Position numbers and translations under genes: made by a program. Below are positions 1 to 9,761 of a DNA stretch of 64,000 nt, piece after piece. How positions within the stretch are numbered: position 1 is the stretch's first letter; each line of letters begins with the position of its first letter. The notes under the pieces were generated by a model. That model had not been told where the DNA came from, did no database searches, and was given only the letters and a program-made list of their open reading frames with translations. The stretch is from an uncultured Clostridia bacterium (GTDB taxonomy: Bacteria > Bacillota > Clostridia > UMGS1883), in contig CAKSNY010000001.1 in assembly GCA_934476455.1 (NCBI GenBank), positions 87,673 to 151,672 of the forward strand, in the 5' to 3' direction.

Positions 1-1091
1 ACGAAAAAATGCTGGCGGCAATATTTTTAAAGGGGTATCAGTGGCCTTTTGACCCGCGAAAGCTTGAAAACGGCGGCTCGTCGGTAATTGACCTTCTTGT
101 TTACAACGAAACGGCTGTTAAAAAACGCCGGGTGTGGCTGGATTTTCGCAAAAATCCTTCGGCGCTGAAAGCGGATTTTTCAAACATCGGAAAAGAAGGG
201 TATGAATACCTTAAAAATTCCAATGCATTTTTAAAAACGCCGATTGAAAGACTGCGCCATATGAATGAGCCTGCGATAGACCTGTATAAAAGCCACGGGA
301 TAGATATTGAAAATGAAATGCTTGAAATAGCTGTTTGCGCACAGCACCAAAACGGCGGATTAAGCGTTGACGCGCGCTGGGAAAGCAATATTGAAGGCTT
401 TTTCCCCATAGGCGAATGCAGCGGCACGCACGGCGTATACCGCCCCGGCGGCAGCGCACTTAACGCCGGGCAGTGCGGCGGGCTTAGGGCGGCGCAGTAT
501 ATTGCGGCAAGAAAAAGAGGTGAATGCGAAGACGCCGATAAGTGCGCGCAGCGCTGCGCTTCTTCAATAAAGCAGCGTATAGAGCAATGCGAAAGGCTTT
601 TACATAACAGAAAAGGAACAGCCCCTTACAAAATGATGGAAAAAACAGGTGCAAGAATGAGCAAGTATGCCGCGCATATAAGAAGCCTTTGCGGTGCGGA
701 AAGGGTATATAACGAGGCAAGGCAAGACTATCTCTCTTTTTGGAACAGCGTAACCGCAAAAGATGCGGGAGAACTGAGAGAGGCGCTTATCTGCTACGAT
801 ATGCTTATTACGCAGCAAGCGGTTGCATATGCTGTTTTCGACTATATAAAAACAGGCGGATTAAGCAGAGGGTCGTTTTTGGTTGCGGAGGACGGAAAAA
901 CACCCGCCGATTATTTGCGCGGAGGGGTAAAAACACAGAAGGAAAAAGCAAAAACAATTCAGGAAACCACCTTTTCAAATGACGGCGTAAGCTGCAAGTA
1001 CAGACCCGTGCGCCCAATCCCAAAAGAGGACGGATGGTTTGAAAATGTGTGGAATGAATATCTTGCGGGAAAATATTTGGATAAAGCTTAA
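1..1091 (+). CDS. FAD-dependent oxidoreductase (FrdA/SdhA/KstD-like flavoprotein). This is a C-terminal fragment; the gene starts upstream of the window.
   Basis: Open frame from the window edge. Motif IGECSGTHGVYRPGGSALNAGQCGGLRAAQYIA resembles the C-terminal FAD-binding segment of fumarate reductase / succinate dehydrogenase-type flavoproteins. Confidence 0.45.
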   Translation, partial: EKMLAAIFLKGYQWPFDPRKLENGGSSVIDLLVYNETAVKKRRVWLDFRKNPSALKADFSNIGKEGYEYLKNSNAFLKTPIERLRHMNEPAIDLYKSHGIDIENEMLEIAVCAQHQNGGLSVDARWESNIEGFFPIGECSGTHGVYRPGGSALNAGQCGGLRAAQYIAARKRGECEDADKCAQRCASSIKQRIEQCERLLHNRKGTAPYKMMEKTGARMSKYAAHIRSLCGAERVYNEARQDYLSFWNSVTAKDAGELREALICYDMLITQQAVAYAVFDYIKTGGLSRGSFLVAEDGKTPADYLRGGVKTQKEKAKTIQETTFSNDGVSCKYRPVRPIPKEDGWFENVWNEYLAGKYLDKA

Positions 1092-1112
1092 TATACACGG
1101 TGTACCTACAAT

Positions 1113-1147
1113 AAAAGCTCTCGGAAACAGCCCGGGAGCTTTTATTG
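1113..1147 (+). terminator. Rho-independent terminator after the upstream flavoprotein gene.
   Basis: Inverted repeat aaaagctctcgg / ccgggagctttt (one mismatch) followed by ttttatt. Confidence 0.6.
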
Positions 1148-1163
1148 TAAGTAATGTAAGAAA

Positions 1164-1191
1164 ATGTACACTGTGCTAAAAAATGTACATT
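1164..1191. promoter_or_regulatory. Direct repeat of (A)ATGTACA(C/T)T spaced 19 bp apart, upstream of the AraC-family regulator gene. Candidate operator.
   Basis: aaaATGTACActg at 1164-1172 and aaaATGTACAttg at 1183-1191. A near-identical pair occurs at 8689-8716. Further TGTACA-like copies lie at about 1101, 1227 and 1259. Confidence 0.4.
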
Positions 1192-1288
1192 GATTTTATT
1201 GCCGGTTATGTGATAGTGTATACTATGTACAATAGGTGAATGTAATTATAAAGACAAGCTGTACAAACAAATGTAATGAGGTACTTAT

Positions 1289-3601
1289 ATGCTTAAAAAA
1301 ACGTTTGATATAATAAACGCAAAAAGCGTTCGCTGGCGCTATATATTGTCGTATTTTGTTATAATCTGCATTTTTATATGCTTTGCGATTGTTTCGGTAT
1401 GTATGTTTTTTAATATACATAAAAGAGAGCTTATACGCAGCAATGAGTATGCAATGGAAATGGTTGGCGAACAGTTCGAGTCGATATATAACGACATACA
1501 AAGCATTATTTATGCCACCTCCTCCGAGGCGATACGTCCGCTGCTTTTACAAAAGGATGAGGACGAATTTGCCCAGGCGGAAAGGTTTGCAAAAATCTCG
1601 CGCGAGATTAAAAAACAGTGCGGCAACGGCGAATTTTTCGAGCAGTGCTTTTTATACCTTGGCGACTGCGACACGGTTATAAATTCAAGTTCGGTGCTTG
1701 TCAGCAAGCTGTATTACGAGGCGTATATGAAAGATTGCGGAGTAAGCTATAAAAAGTGGATGGATATAATGAAAAACGATTCTAAAAATTCGTTTGTGGA
1801 AATCCGCGATAAAAAAGGCGACAAGAGGTTTGTGTACATATGTAAAAAGAGCATTGCACCTATAACAAACGGGGACAGTGTATCGCTGGGCTTTGTTTTA
1901 AACAGAAACAAAATAAAGCATATTAACGAAACAATATTTGAAAAGTGCGGCGGGTATGTGGTATCTGTGGGCGGAAGTACGCTTGCTGTAAATTTTTCGC
2001 AAAACAGTGCGCTTGATAAGCTTGCGCCCGAAAAAATTTATACAAAGGGAAAAATAAATTATGTAAAAATAAACAACCGCGAATGTGTGCTGCTGTCGCC
2101 CGGCGGCGGTGTTGGAAGCAAAATATCCCTGATTATACCGGAAAGTGTTTTCTATAAAAATCTGGTGGACGTAATTTTGCTGCAAGTTATAATGCTTATT
2201 GTGATTGCGGTGGTTATGGTAATTTTGTCCATTAAATTTACAAACATACATTTTTCGCCCATTAAATCCATAATGAATACACTAAGCCGGGAAATGCGAA
2301 GCGACAAGAAAAACGAATACGAAATAATAACCGATATGGTTAAAAAGGTTCAAAGCGAACAGCGGTTTTTAAACGAAAAAATGACGCGGCAGACGCGCTT
2401 TTTACGCGAAAACTTTATTAAAAGGCTTGTAAAAGGAGAGTACGAGTCCGACGCGGCACTTTACGACAGTTTAAAGCTTTATAATATCGAACTTGACGGC
2501 GGCAGCTTTTGCACGGCTGTGTTCACATTATGCGATTTTGACCCGCTGTGGCTTGATTCTGCCGACTCGCCCGAGTACTACAAGAGTGCGCTTATTGCAA
2601 TGGAGAACATAGTGTCCGAGCTTATAAACGAAAAATATACGTGCTACACGGTTAATCTGGACGATGAAATAGTATGCGTTATAAACTTTCAAAATTCTGT
2701 TTCTGAGGACGCGTTTAAAAGCTCGGTTGAAGATATTTACCGCTATGCCCGCGGATTTATAAAAGAAAATCTGGGCTTTACGTTTAAGACGGCGGTCGGA
2801 AGAATAAAAGACAATATCTTAGATGTGTGCGTGTCGTACAATGAGGCGATAAGCTGTATCGAATACAATCTTATATATGAAACTGAAAACGTTTTTGCAG
2901 AGGATATAGAGCCGCAGTATAATGACAGCCTCAACACTCTTTTAACAAAAACAAACAGCCTTGTAAAAGAAATGCTGCGCCAGGAGCGCGGGGAAGAACA
3001 CAGCACACATATAACGCACCTTTGCGAAATGTGTATATCGCTTGCAACAACAACGCCGAACCTTGTTAATAACATTTTGTACGGATTAACCGACAGCCTT
3101 ATAAGGCAGCTTTTGTTCTTAAACGATGACGACGGGCAGATACGCGCTTTTGCCGAACATATAGCCGAAAAATATGCTTTTGACGGCGTAAAGGGATTTT
3201 CGGAAATGAAAGAACTGATTACAAAGCTTTCGGAGGAAGTAGATACATTTCTGAAAAAATATAAAAGCGAAGATTATTTGAAAACGCGCGTTGACGGTTA
3301 CATAAGGGAAAATTACGCAAACCCCGAATTGTGCGTACGAAGCATTGCGGAGCATTTTAAGCTGAATCCGACATACCTCACATCGTCCGTAAGGAAAAGC
3401 TCCGGCACAGGTGTTTTGGAGATGATAAATAAGGTTCGGTGCGAAAAGTCGATAGAGCTTTTAATCGGAAGCAAAAAGTCGGTAAACGATATAGCAAGTG
3501 CCGTGGGCTGCACAAGTGCGCATACATATATACGCATTTTCAAGAAATATTATTTCTGCACGCCTACCGAATACAGAAATAACTTCGGACAAGGAGAATA
3601 A
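1289..3601 (+). CDS. Membrane-anchored AraC-family transcriptional regulator with an extracytoplasmic sensor domain.
   Basis: Hydrophobic segments at about aa 17-40 and 290-312 flank a sensor region of about 250 aa. The C-terminal AraC HTH reads ...IAEHFKLNPTYLTSSVRKSSGTGVLEMINKVRCEKSIELL...TPTEYR. This architecture is typical of Firmicutes glycan-locus regulators. Confidence 0.8.
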   Translation: MLKKTFDIINAKSVRWRYILSYFVIICIFICFAIVSVCMFFNIHKRELIRSNEYAMEMVGEQFESIYNDIQSIIYATSSEAIRPLLLQKDEDEFAQAERFAKISREIKKQCGNGEFFEQCFLYLGDCDTVINSSSVLVSKLYYEAYMKDCGVSYKKWMDIMKNDSKNSFVEIRDKKGDKRFVYICKKSIAPITNGDSVSLGFVLNRNKIKHINETIFEKCGGYVVSVGGSTLAVNFSQNSALDKLAPEKIYTKGKINYVKINNRECVLLSPGGGVGSKISLIIPESVFYKNLVDVILLQVIMLIVIAVVMVILSIKFTNIHFSPIKSIMNTLSREMRSDKKNEYEIITDMVKKVQSEQRFLNEKMTRQTRFLRENFIKRLVKGEYESDAALYDSLKLYNIELDGGSFCTAVFTLCDFDPLWLDSADSPEYYKSALIAMENIVSELINEKYTCYTVNLDDEIVCVINFQNSVSEDAFKSSVEDIYRYARGFIKENLGFTFKTAVGRIKDNILDVCVSYNEAISCIEYNLIYETENVFAEDIEPQYNDSLNTLLTKTNSLVKEMLRQERGEEHSTHITHLCEMCISLATTTPNLVNNILYGLTDSLIRQLLFLNDDDGQIRAFAEHIAEKYAFDGVKGFSEMKELITKLSEEVDTFLKKYKSEDYLKTRVDGYIRENYANPELCVRSIAEHFKLNPTYLTSSVRKSSGTGVLEMINKVRCEKSIELLIGSKKSVNDIASAVGCTSAHTYIRIFKKYYFCTPTEYRNNFGQGE

Positions 3602-3623
3602 TGACACAAAAGGAGGAGAAACG

Positions 3624-6600
3624 ATGAAAAAAGCAAAGCAGCGGTTGCTCTTTGCCTGCGCGTTTTGTGCATCAATATTTTTATGCACGGCATCGGGCAC
3701 AGCGGAGAAAAGCATAGATTATGCCGCGCCGATGAATGGTGAGGGGTGCAGCATAGAGGCGGAAAGCGCCGTAAGATGTACAGACAGCGAAATTCTGAAG
3801 GAAAGCTCCTTTTCCGGCGGTGCGGCGGTAAAGATTTACGGGCGCGGTGATGACAAAAAAGAACAAAACCCGTCGCTGCTGTTTCCGTTTGATGTTAATA
3901 AAAGCACGCTCTACAGTATATGGCTGCGGGTAAACACGGGGCAATATGAAAATACTTTATTATACGACCTGTACGGTGACGGAGAATATGCGGAAAAAAA
4001 ACTTTCTGCATCAGATAATATAAGATGGGTCAGGCTTGGCACGGCAGTGTATGCAAAGGGTGTAAAGGAAATACGCATTACACCCGTAAACAGTGTGACA
4101 GCCGATAAGATAATTGTAACGTCGGACGCGGAATTTATTCCGTCGGGCGCTTCGGGGGAGCCACCCGAAAATTACAGCAGCAGCTATTTTTTACAGGAAA
4201 ACATAAAAATATTTCCGCAAAGGGGCGTTCACCCGCGGCTGTACGCCGTAAAGGCGGATATACCCGCAATAAGGGCAAAGCTTGAAAGCGACACATATAA
4301 AGCCGAATATAAAAAAATACAGATTAACGCAAACAAAAGCGTAAAGCCGCTGCCAAAGGGCGGGTCCGATTATACGGACAACATATCATGTAAAGATATT
4401 TTACTTGACAGGGCGTTTTCGTATCTGATTGGAGATAGTGACAAGGCGCACGCAAGAGAAACCGTGGAACAAATGAAAGGTTTTTTGAAAACAGTTACGT
4501 TTGATAAGTCGGACACAACCTATAAATCACGGTATATAGGTGAAACGCTTAATGCAGCTGCCTGTGTGTACGACTGGTGCTACGGCTGTCTTACAAAAAA
4601 GGATAAACAGTTTTTTATACGCAGAATGAAGGAGCTTGCGCAAGTTACCGAGGTGGGATACCCTGCCGTAAAGAGAAGCTATGTGATAGCGCACGCACCG
4701 GAAAGCCTTATATACAGGGATCAGCTTGCCGTCGGGATTGCAATTTACGATGAAGAGGAGGACTGGTACCAAAATGTTGCATCAATTATTTTTGAAAGGC
4801 TTCTTCCGGTTAAAAATTTCCTCAATTCATCGCTTGCGGATTTTTCGGGCAGCACATATACTGAGGCGCGCAACACAGGCGCCGTAAAAGCCGAATTTAT
4901 GTTCGGAAAGCTGGGGCTTTCGGAAAGTATATTCTGTAAAGAATACAAAGACGTATTTTACAAGCTTATTTACACGCGGCTTCCGAACGGAATTTGGTTT
5001 AAAGAAGGTGACGATTACGCCTGGGACAGATATGTACCCGATACAAGGTCACCCCTTTACGGAGACATCTTTTCCTATACAGGGTCGCACTACGGTGACC
5101 CCTACCTTCTGCGCCAGGGGCTTTTAGATAATACGGCAAAAAACGAAATCGATATTTTTAACATACTTGCGACCGATTTAAACGCGGATATTAAAGAACC
5201 CACAGAGCTTCCTTTAACGCATTTTACAAAATACCCGATGTCGTCTATGACGGCGCGCACCTCTTGGCAAAACGGGCTTAATGCACCTACGGCAATGGCG
5301 TACGTAAATATGCGTGAGGTGACGGTGGGCGACCACCAACACCGTGACGTGGGGGCTTTTCAACTGTGGTATAAAGGAATGCTTGCGATTGATTCGGGAT
5401 TGTATGAATACGGCGAGCATTATGGAAATTATCAAACGCGCTCAATAGCACACAACAGCGTAACTGTTACAGACCCCGACGAGGTTTACGGCACATACGC
5501 GGCAGACGGCGGACAGCGCGAGGTTAAAAGCTTCGGTCCGTACGGAGATATGCTTGAGGAGGTTTTAGCGTCTGTGGAAAGCGGCGAATGTATAACCGCA
5601 AAGGATGTAAAAACATTTTACGGCGGCGGAGAGTACAGCCCCGTATTTTCCTACATATCCGGAAATATTGCACCCGCATATACAGATAAAATAAAAAGCT
5701 ATGAAAGAAGCTTTGTTTTTATAAACACCAAAAACACTGCCTATCCCGCGGCTCTTTTGGTGCTTGACGACCTTGAAGCAGCGAGCGCGGAATTTAAAAA
5801 GAAATGGCTTTTACATTCGCAGGAGGAGCCGGTAATTTCTGAGAGCGAAAACAAAATAACGATAAAAAGAACGGATAACGGGCAAAACGGAATGCTTGTA
5901 AATAAAACGCTTATCCCCGAAATCGGCGGCGCTGCTTTTGAAAAGGTGGGCGGCAGCGGAAAGGAATATTATGTAGGGGATAAAAACTATGCGCCGAGCA
6001 GAAGTGAAAACGGGCTGCAATTTGACGCGGGAGCGTGGCGTGTGGAAATTTCGCCGAAAAATGAGAGTGCAAAGGACAAATTTCTTAATGTTATGTATGT
6101 AACGGACGCAGACGGTACCGCAGCGGAAATGCCTGTTTTTAAAGAGGAGGACAAAAAGCTTATAAATGTTACGCTGCTTGATAAAACGGTTGTTTTCCCG
6201 AAAAACGAAAAAACATTTGCCGGTGATTTCACCATAAATGTGCGTGAAAACGGTTTTTCCGAGATTGATGTTCTTTTATGCGGACTGTCCCCTGGGAAGT
6301 GGAGTGTAAGCAAAGCAGGAAAAAGCGAATGTGCAGAGGTTTTAAAAAATGAAGAATGTGCGTATTTTAAGCTTGTACCGGGAGAATATACCGTTTCAAA
6401 GGCTGATGAAAAAGAAATTGTAACTGCATACACCTATGAGGAAAAAAAGGAAGATTTCGGAGATTTTCTTATAAGAAAAAACAATAATCTGATGTATATA
6501 CCTAAAAAAACAGTATTGTGTGATAATGCGCCGTATGTTGCAATTGACGGAATTTTTACACAGCTTGGGGCAACAGTTGTTTATAAAACGGCAGATAAAA

Positions 6601-6818
6601 TATGCTTTAATGCCGGAAATAAAACGTATACCGCATATTTTGGCGGTACAGCGGAGGAAAACGGTACGGATCTTTTTCTTAAGCACCCGATAAAAATTTT
6701 TGACGGAGAGTTTTATGCTTCGCCCGAAGATTTTAAAAAGCCGCTTAACCTAAGCAATATAAAGTATGATGAAAAAGCGCGTCTTCTTATATTTTCATGG
6801 GGAGGTGCGGCGGAATGA
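3624..6818 (+). CDS. Secreted heparinase II/III-like protein, polysaccharide-lyase-like, with an (alpha/alpha)6 toroid N-part and a C-terminal copper-amine-oxidase-N-like domain.
   Basis: RBS AGGAGGAG lies 6 nt upstream of ATG 3624. The signal peptide is MKKAKQRLLFACAFCASIFLCTASGTA. Conserved block HQHRDVGAFQLWYKGMLAIDSGLYEY...NYQTRSIAHNSVTV matches the Hepar_II_III core. C-terminal YVAIDGIFTQLGA is Cu-amine-oxidase-N-like. The protein is paralogous to 18733-22410. Confidence 0.7.
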   Translation: MKKAKQRLLFACAFCASIFLCTASGTAEKSIDYAAPMNGEGCSIEAESAVRCTDSEILKESSFSGGAAVKIYGRGDDKKEQNPSLLFPFDVNKSTLYSIWLRVNTGQYENTLLYDLYGDGEYAEKKLSASDNIRWVRLGTAVYAKGVKEIRITPVNSVTADKIIVTSDAEFIPSGASGEPPENYSSSYFLQENIKIFPQRGVHPRLYAVKADIPAIRAKLESDTYKAEYKKIQINANKSVKPLPKGGSDYTDNISCKDILLDRAFSYLIGDSDKAHARETVEQMKGFLKTVTFDKSDTTYKSRYIGETLNAAACVYDWCYGCLTKKDKQFFIRRMKELAQVTEVGYPAVKRSYVIAHAPESLIYRDQLAVGIAIYDEEEDWYQNVASIIFERLLPVKNFLNSSLADFSGSTYTEARNTGAVKAEFMFGKLGLSESIFCKEYKDVFYKLIYTRLPNGIWFKEGDDYAWDRYVPDTRSPLYGDIFSYTGSHYGDPYLLRQGLLDNTAKNEIDIFNILATDLNADIKEPTELPLTHFTKYPMSSMTARTSWQNGLNAPTAMAYVNMREVTVGDHQHRDVGAFQLWYKGMLAIDSGLYEYGEHYGNYQTRSIAHNSVTVTDPDEVYGTYAADGGQREVKSFGPYGDMLEEVLASVESGECITAKDVKTFYGGGEYSPVFSYISGNIAPAYTDKIKSYERSFVFINTKNTAYPAALLVLDDLEAASAEFKKKWLLHSQEEPVISESENKITIKRTDNGQNGMLVNKTLIPEIGGAAFEKVGGSGKEYYVGDKNYAPSRSENGLQFDAGAWRVEISPKNESAKDKFLNVMYVTDADGTAAEMPVFKEEDKKLINVTLLDKTVVFPKNEKTFAGDFTINVRENGFSEIDVLLCGLSPGKWSVSKAGKSECAEVLKNEECAYFKLVPGEYTVSKADEKEIVTAYTYEEKKEDFGDFLIRKNNNLMYIPKKTVLCDNAPYVAIDGIFTQLGATVVYKTADKICFNAGNKTYTAYFGGTAEENGTDLFLKHPIKIFDGEFYASPEDFKKPLNLSNIKYDEKARLLIFSWGGAAE

Positions 6819-8677
6819 ATACAGTAAAGAAAACAGTTTTACTTTTCTTTTGCAGCCTGATTTTTTCATATGCGGCATATGCAAGCAGCAGTATTATTAA
6901 AAAGGGTGATTATATTTCATTCGGTAATTATAACGGCACAGATATAGTGTGGATTGCACTTTATGAGGAGGACGGCGGCATAACGCTTTTGTCGCGGAAT
7001 GTGCTTTTTGAAGCGCCGTTCGGGGAAAGCGGCAGGTGGGCGCAGTCGGGTCTTCGGGAAAGCATTTATGCCGGGGGTGGATTTTTAAAAACGGCTTTTA
7101 CGGATGAAGAGTATGGGCTGCTTATACCAAAAAGCATTAAAAGCGCATTAAATGACAATAATATCCCTTTTTCGCAAACGGGTACACAGGTACAGCAGTA
7201 TTTTTTTAAAGCAAACAATGTGCTGAAAAATAATGCCGATGCCTTTTGCGAATATACGGAGGACAAAATTTTTATTCCGTCGCTTTCGGATATTGCCATG
7301 CTTTCAGATGATGCATACTTGTACGGTGCGGATGCAGTTACCGCAGAAGATATGCAGCACACCGTAAGGGCATACTGGCTGCGCGATGCGATGTACGGTG
7401 CAGATAGCACAAATGTGCGATATGTAACGGAAAATGAAGAAATCGGATACACAAAAAGCGAAAATACTGCTTTTGTGCGTGTTATGTGCGTGATTGACGC
7501 AAAAAAACTGGGTGTGGAAAGCGGCAGCGGAGAGGAAGAAACGCCGTATGTTGTTAAAAACGAACTGTACATAAGCGTTAAGCCCGAGGCGGAAACCGTA
7601 ACAGGTGCGGGAAGCGTAAATATAAGCGTATTTACAAATGCCGATGACGGCGAAAACGTCAGTGTTTACGCAAACGGCATCGTTTGCGCAAAAAACGCGG
7701 ACGGAAGGTACAGCGCCTTGTGCGATGCCGGGGTAAATATTATTACGGCGGAAATAACAGACAGTGACGGAAGAATTTTAAAAGAGCCGCAGCCGACAAG
7801 CGTATTTGTGATTGAAAACGAAGAAAAGAAAATAGCCGAAAAGGTGGATTTTGAGGGGGAAATACCGCAAAAATACACTGACCGCGGCACCGTTATACAA
7901 TCCGGCGCGGCACGCGGAAACATTTTTAAGCTTGTTTCACAGGCAAAAAGCAACAACCAGGTGCATATAGGAACATTCAGCGAGAAAAAAGACCTTGCAC
8001 TTATAGAGGCGGATATTAAATTTGAAACGCCCGAGGTTTCCGTTAAATCACCGTTTTATATAAGGCTGCTGCCTGCAAACGTGCTTTTTGCGCCGATAGT
8101 TATTGATAAGAACGGGCTTTTGACCTTGCAGGGGATAGAAAACGCGCAGGAAAGTATGCAGCTTGAAAAAAACAGGTGGTACAATTTTAAAATAATAATT
8201 AAGGACGCGGACAATACAATAACCGTTGCGGTGGATAATAAGGTTATATGCCGCAACAAAAAAATTGTACAGGAATTTAAATATACGCGTTATGTAAATC
8301 TGTCAAGCAACTGGAATGCGTCCGACAGTGATAATGTGATGTATGCGGACAATATTTATCTTGCAGAGGCCAGCGAAAAAGAAGCATCGGTTAAAGCGCT
8401 GCTTTCAAAAACGGAAAGCGGATATAAATATTTTGTAATGAACAATTCCAAAAACACGCTTAATGCAAATTTATACATTGCAGGGTACGAAAACGAGGGT
8501 AAAATGACCGCTGCTTTGAAGGTGCCTGTCCTTGCGGAGGGCGAAACGGGTATATATGCTGCGGTCGGCAAAGAAAAATTCGGCGGTGAATACGCATTTT
8601 TAAAAACGTTCTTATTCACGGAAAATCTTACGCCCGCAGCGCCCTGCTGTGTGCTTAACAGCCGTAATAATCAATAA
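6815..8677 (+). CDS. Secreted multidomain protein: N-terminal DUF6273-like module, an Ig-like segment and a C-terminal LamG (concanavalin-like) domain.
   Basis: ATG 6815 overlaps the upstream stop (ATGA), with RBS GGGGAGGTG. The signal peptide is MNTVKKTVLLFFCSLIFSYAAYA. KGDYISFGNYNGTDIVWIAL...LLSRNVLFEAPF is DUF6273-like. RWYNFKIIIKDADNTITVAVDNKVI...MYADNIYLAE resembles Laminin_G_3. Confidence 0.6.
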   Translation: MNTVKKTVLLFFCSLIFSYAAYASSSIIKKGDYISFGNYNGTDIVWIALYEEDGGITLLSRNVLFEAPFGESGRWAQSGLRESIYAGGGFLKTAFTDEEYGLLIPKSIKSALNDNNIPFSQTGTQVQQYFFKANNVLKNNADAFCEYTEDKIFIPSLSDIAMLSDDAYLYGADAVTAEDMQHTVRAYWLRDAMYGADSTNVRYVTENEEIGYTKSENTAFVRVMCVIDAKKLGVESGSGEEETPYVVKNELYISVKPEAETVTGAGSVNISVFTNADDGENVSVYANGIVCAKNADGRYSALCDAGVNIITAEITDSDGRILKEPQPTSVFVIENEEKKIAEKVDFEGEIPQKYTDRGTVIQSGAARGNIFKLVSQAKSNNQVHIGTFSEKKDLALIEADIKFETPEVSVKSPFYIRLLPANVLFAPIVIDKNGLLTLQGIENAQESMQLEKNRWYNFKIIIKDADNTITVAVDNKVICRNKKIVQEFKYTRYVNLSSNWNASDSDNVMYADNIYLAEASEKEASVKALLSKTESGYKYFVMNNSKNTLNANLYIAGYENEGKMTAALKVPVLAEGETGIYAAVGKEKFGGEYAFLKTFLFTENLTPAAPCCVLNSRNNQ

Positions 8678-8688
8678 ATATTGGAAAT

Positions 8689-8716
8689 TGTACATTAAGG
8701 AAAAAAGTGTACATTG
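8689..8716. promoter_or_regulatory. Direct repeat TTGTACATT ... GTGTACATTGA spaced 20 bp apart, upstream of the ABC transporter operon. Candidate operator overlapping a weak -35 (TTGACT).
   Basis: Same motif and spacing as at 1164-1191, about 55 bp upstream of the permease start. Confidence 0.4.
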
Positions 8717-8771
8717 ACTTTGAAAAGGGCGCGTGCTACGCTTAAATCAACACTTCAGGGGGGATGAGAAT

Positions 8772-9749
8772 ATGATGAAAAGGGCTGCCGGCAATAAAAG
8801 CGGCGCAGCGGGAAACGGCGGTTTTCTCAAATCAACAAAGGATGATTTTAAAAGAAACTGGGTGCTGTATCTTATGGTACTGCCGGTGGTTGTGTATTAC
8901 ATAATATTTATGTATTTGCCGATGGGCGGTCTTATAATGGCATTTCAGGACTTTCGCTTTAACATTCGGTACGACTTTTTGGGAAATTTAATTCACAGCA
9001 AATGGGTCGGGCTTGAGCATTTTAAAAGCTTTTTCAGCGGAATTTATTTTGGGCGCGTGCTTACAAACACGCTGCGCATAAGCATTTTTTCATTGATATT
9101 TTCATTTCCGATACCGATTATTCTGGCTCTTTTAATGAACGAACTGCGAAGTGAAAAGTTTAAGAAAACAACACAGGTATTAAGCTATCTGCCGCACTTT
9201 ATATCAATTGTTGTCGTTTGCGGTATGATAAAGGACTTTACAAGCGATACAGGCTTTATAACGCTTTTTGTTTCAAAAATAATGGGAACAGAGCCCAAGG
9301 CAATGCTAAACGATGCAAATTTGTTTTTGCCGGTGTACATAATAAGCGGAATATGGCAGCAAATGGGATGGAATGCCATTATTTATACGGCAGCGCTTTC
9401 AGGTATAGACCAGTCACTTTACGAGGCTGCCGCAATCGACGGCGCCAACCGCTGGCAGCAAACGCTGCATGTAACAATCGTGGGAATACTTCCGACGATA
9501 ATTATAATGCTTATACTTGAAACGGGGAAGGTGCTTAACGTTTCGTTTGAGAAGGTGCTTCTTTTGTATAACGAGCTTACCGCCAGCAAAGCCGAGGTAA
9601 TATCAACATTTGTTTACAAGCGCGGTATTATTAACCGCGACTGGAGCTTTTCTGTGGCTGTCAGCCTATTTAATTCTGTTATAAGCTTTGTTTTGGTGCT
9701 TGTTGTAAACAAGATATGCAACAGATTGACGGAAACAAGCTTGTGGTAA
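8772..9749 (+). CDS. Sugar ABC transporter permease (LplB/YtcP-type, polysaccharide ABC transporter subfamily).
   Basis: Multiple TM helices. The EAA-loop motif is YEAAAIDGANRWQQ. A long N-terminal helix is typical of LplB-type permeases. Start chosen at MMKRAAGN, with RBS AGGGGGGATG upstream. Confidence 0.8.
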   Translation: MMKRAAGNKSGAAGNGGFLKSTKDDFKRNWVLYLMVLPVVVYYIIFMYLPMGGLIMAFQDFRFNIRYDFLGNLIHSKWVGLEHFKSFFSGIYFGRVLTNTLRISIFSLIFSFPIPIILALLMNELRSEKFKKTTQVLSYLPHFISIVVVCGMIKDFTSDTGFITLFVSKIMGTEPKAMLNDANLFLPVYIISGIWQQMGWNAIIYTAALSGIDQSLYEAAAIDGANRWQQTLHVTIVGILPTIIIMLILETGKVLNVSFEKVLLLYNELTASKAEVISTFVYKRGIINRDWSFSVAVSLFNSVISFVLVLVVNKICNRLTETSLW

Positions 9750-9761
9750 GGGGGCGGCATT

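Noticed and set aside
3498-3623. Upstream extension of the lyase-1 ORF (ORF-track start at 3498).
   Set aside because: It would overlap the last 100 nt of the AraC regulator gene and has no RBS. ATG 3624 has a strong AGGAGGAG RBS and begins a canonical signal peptide.
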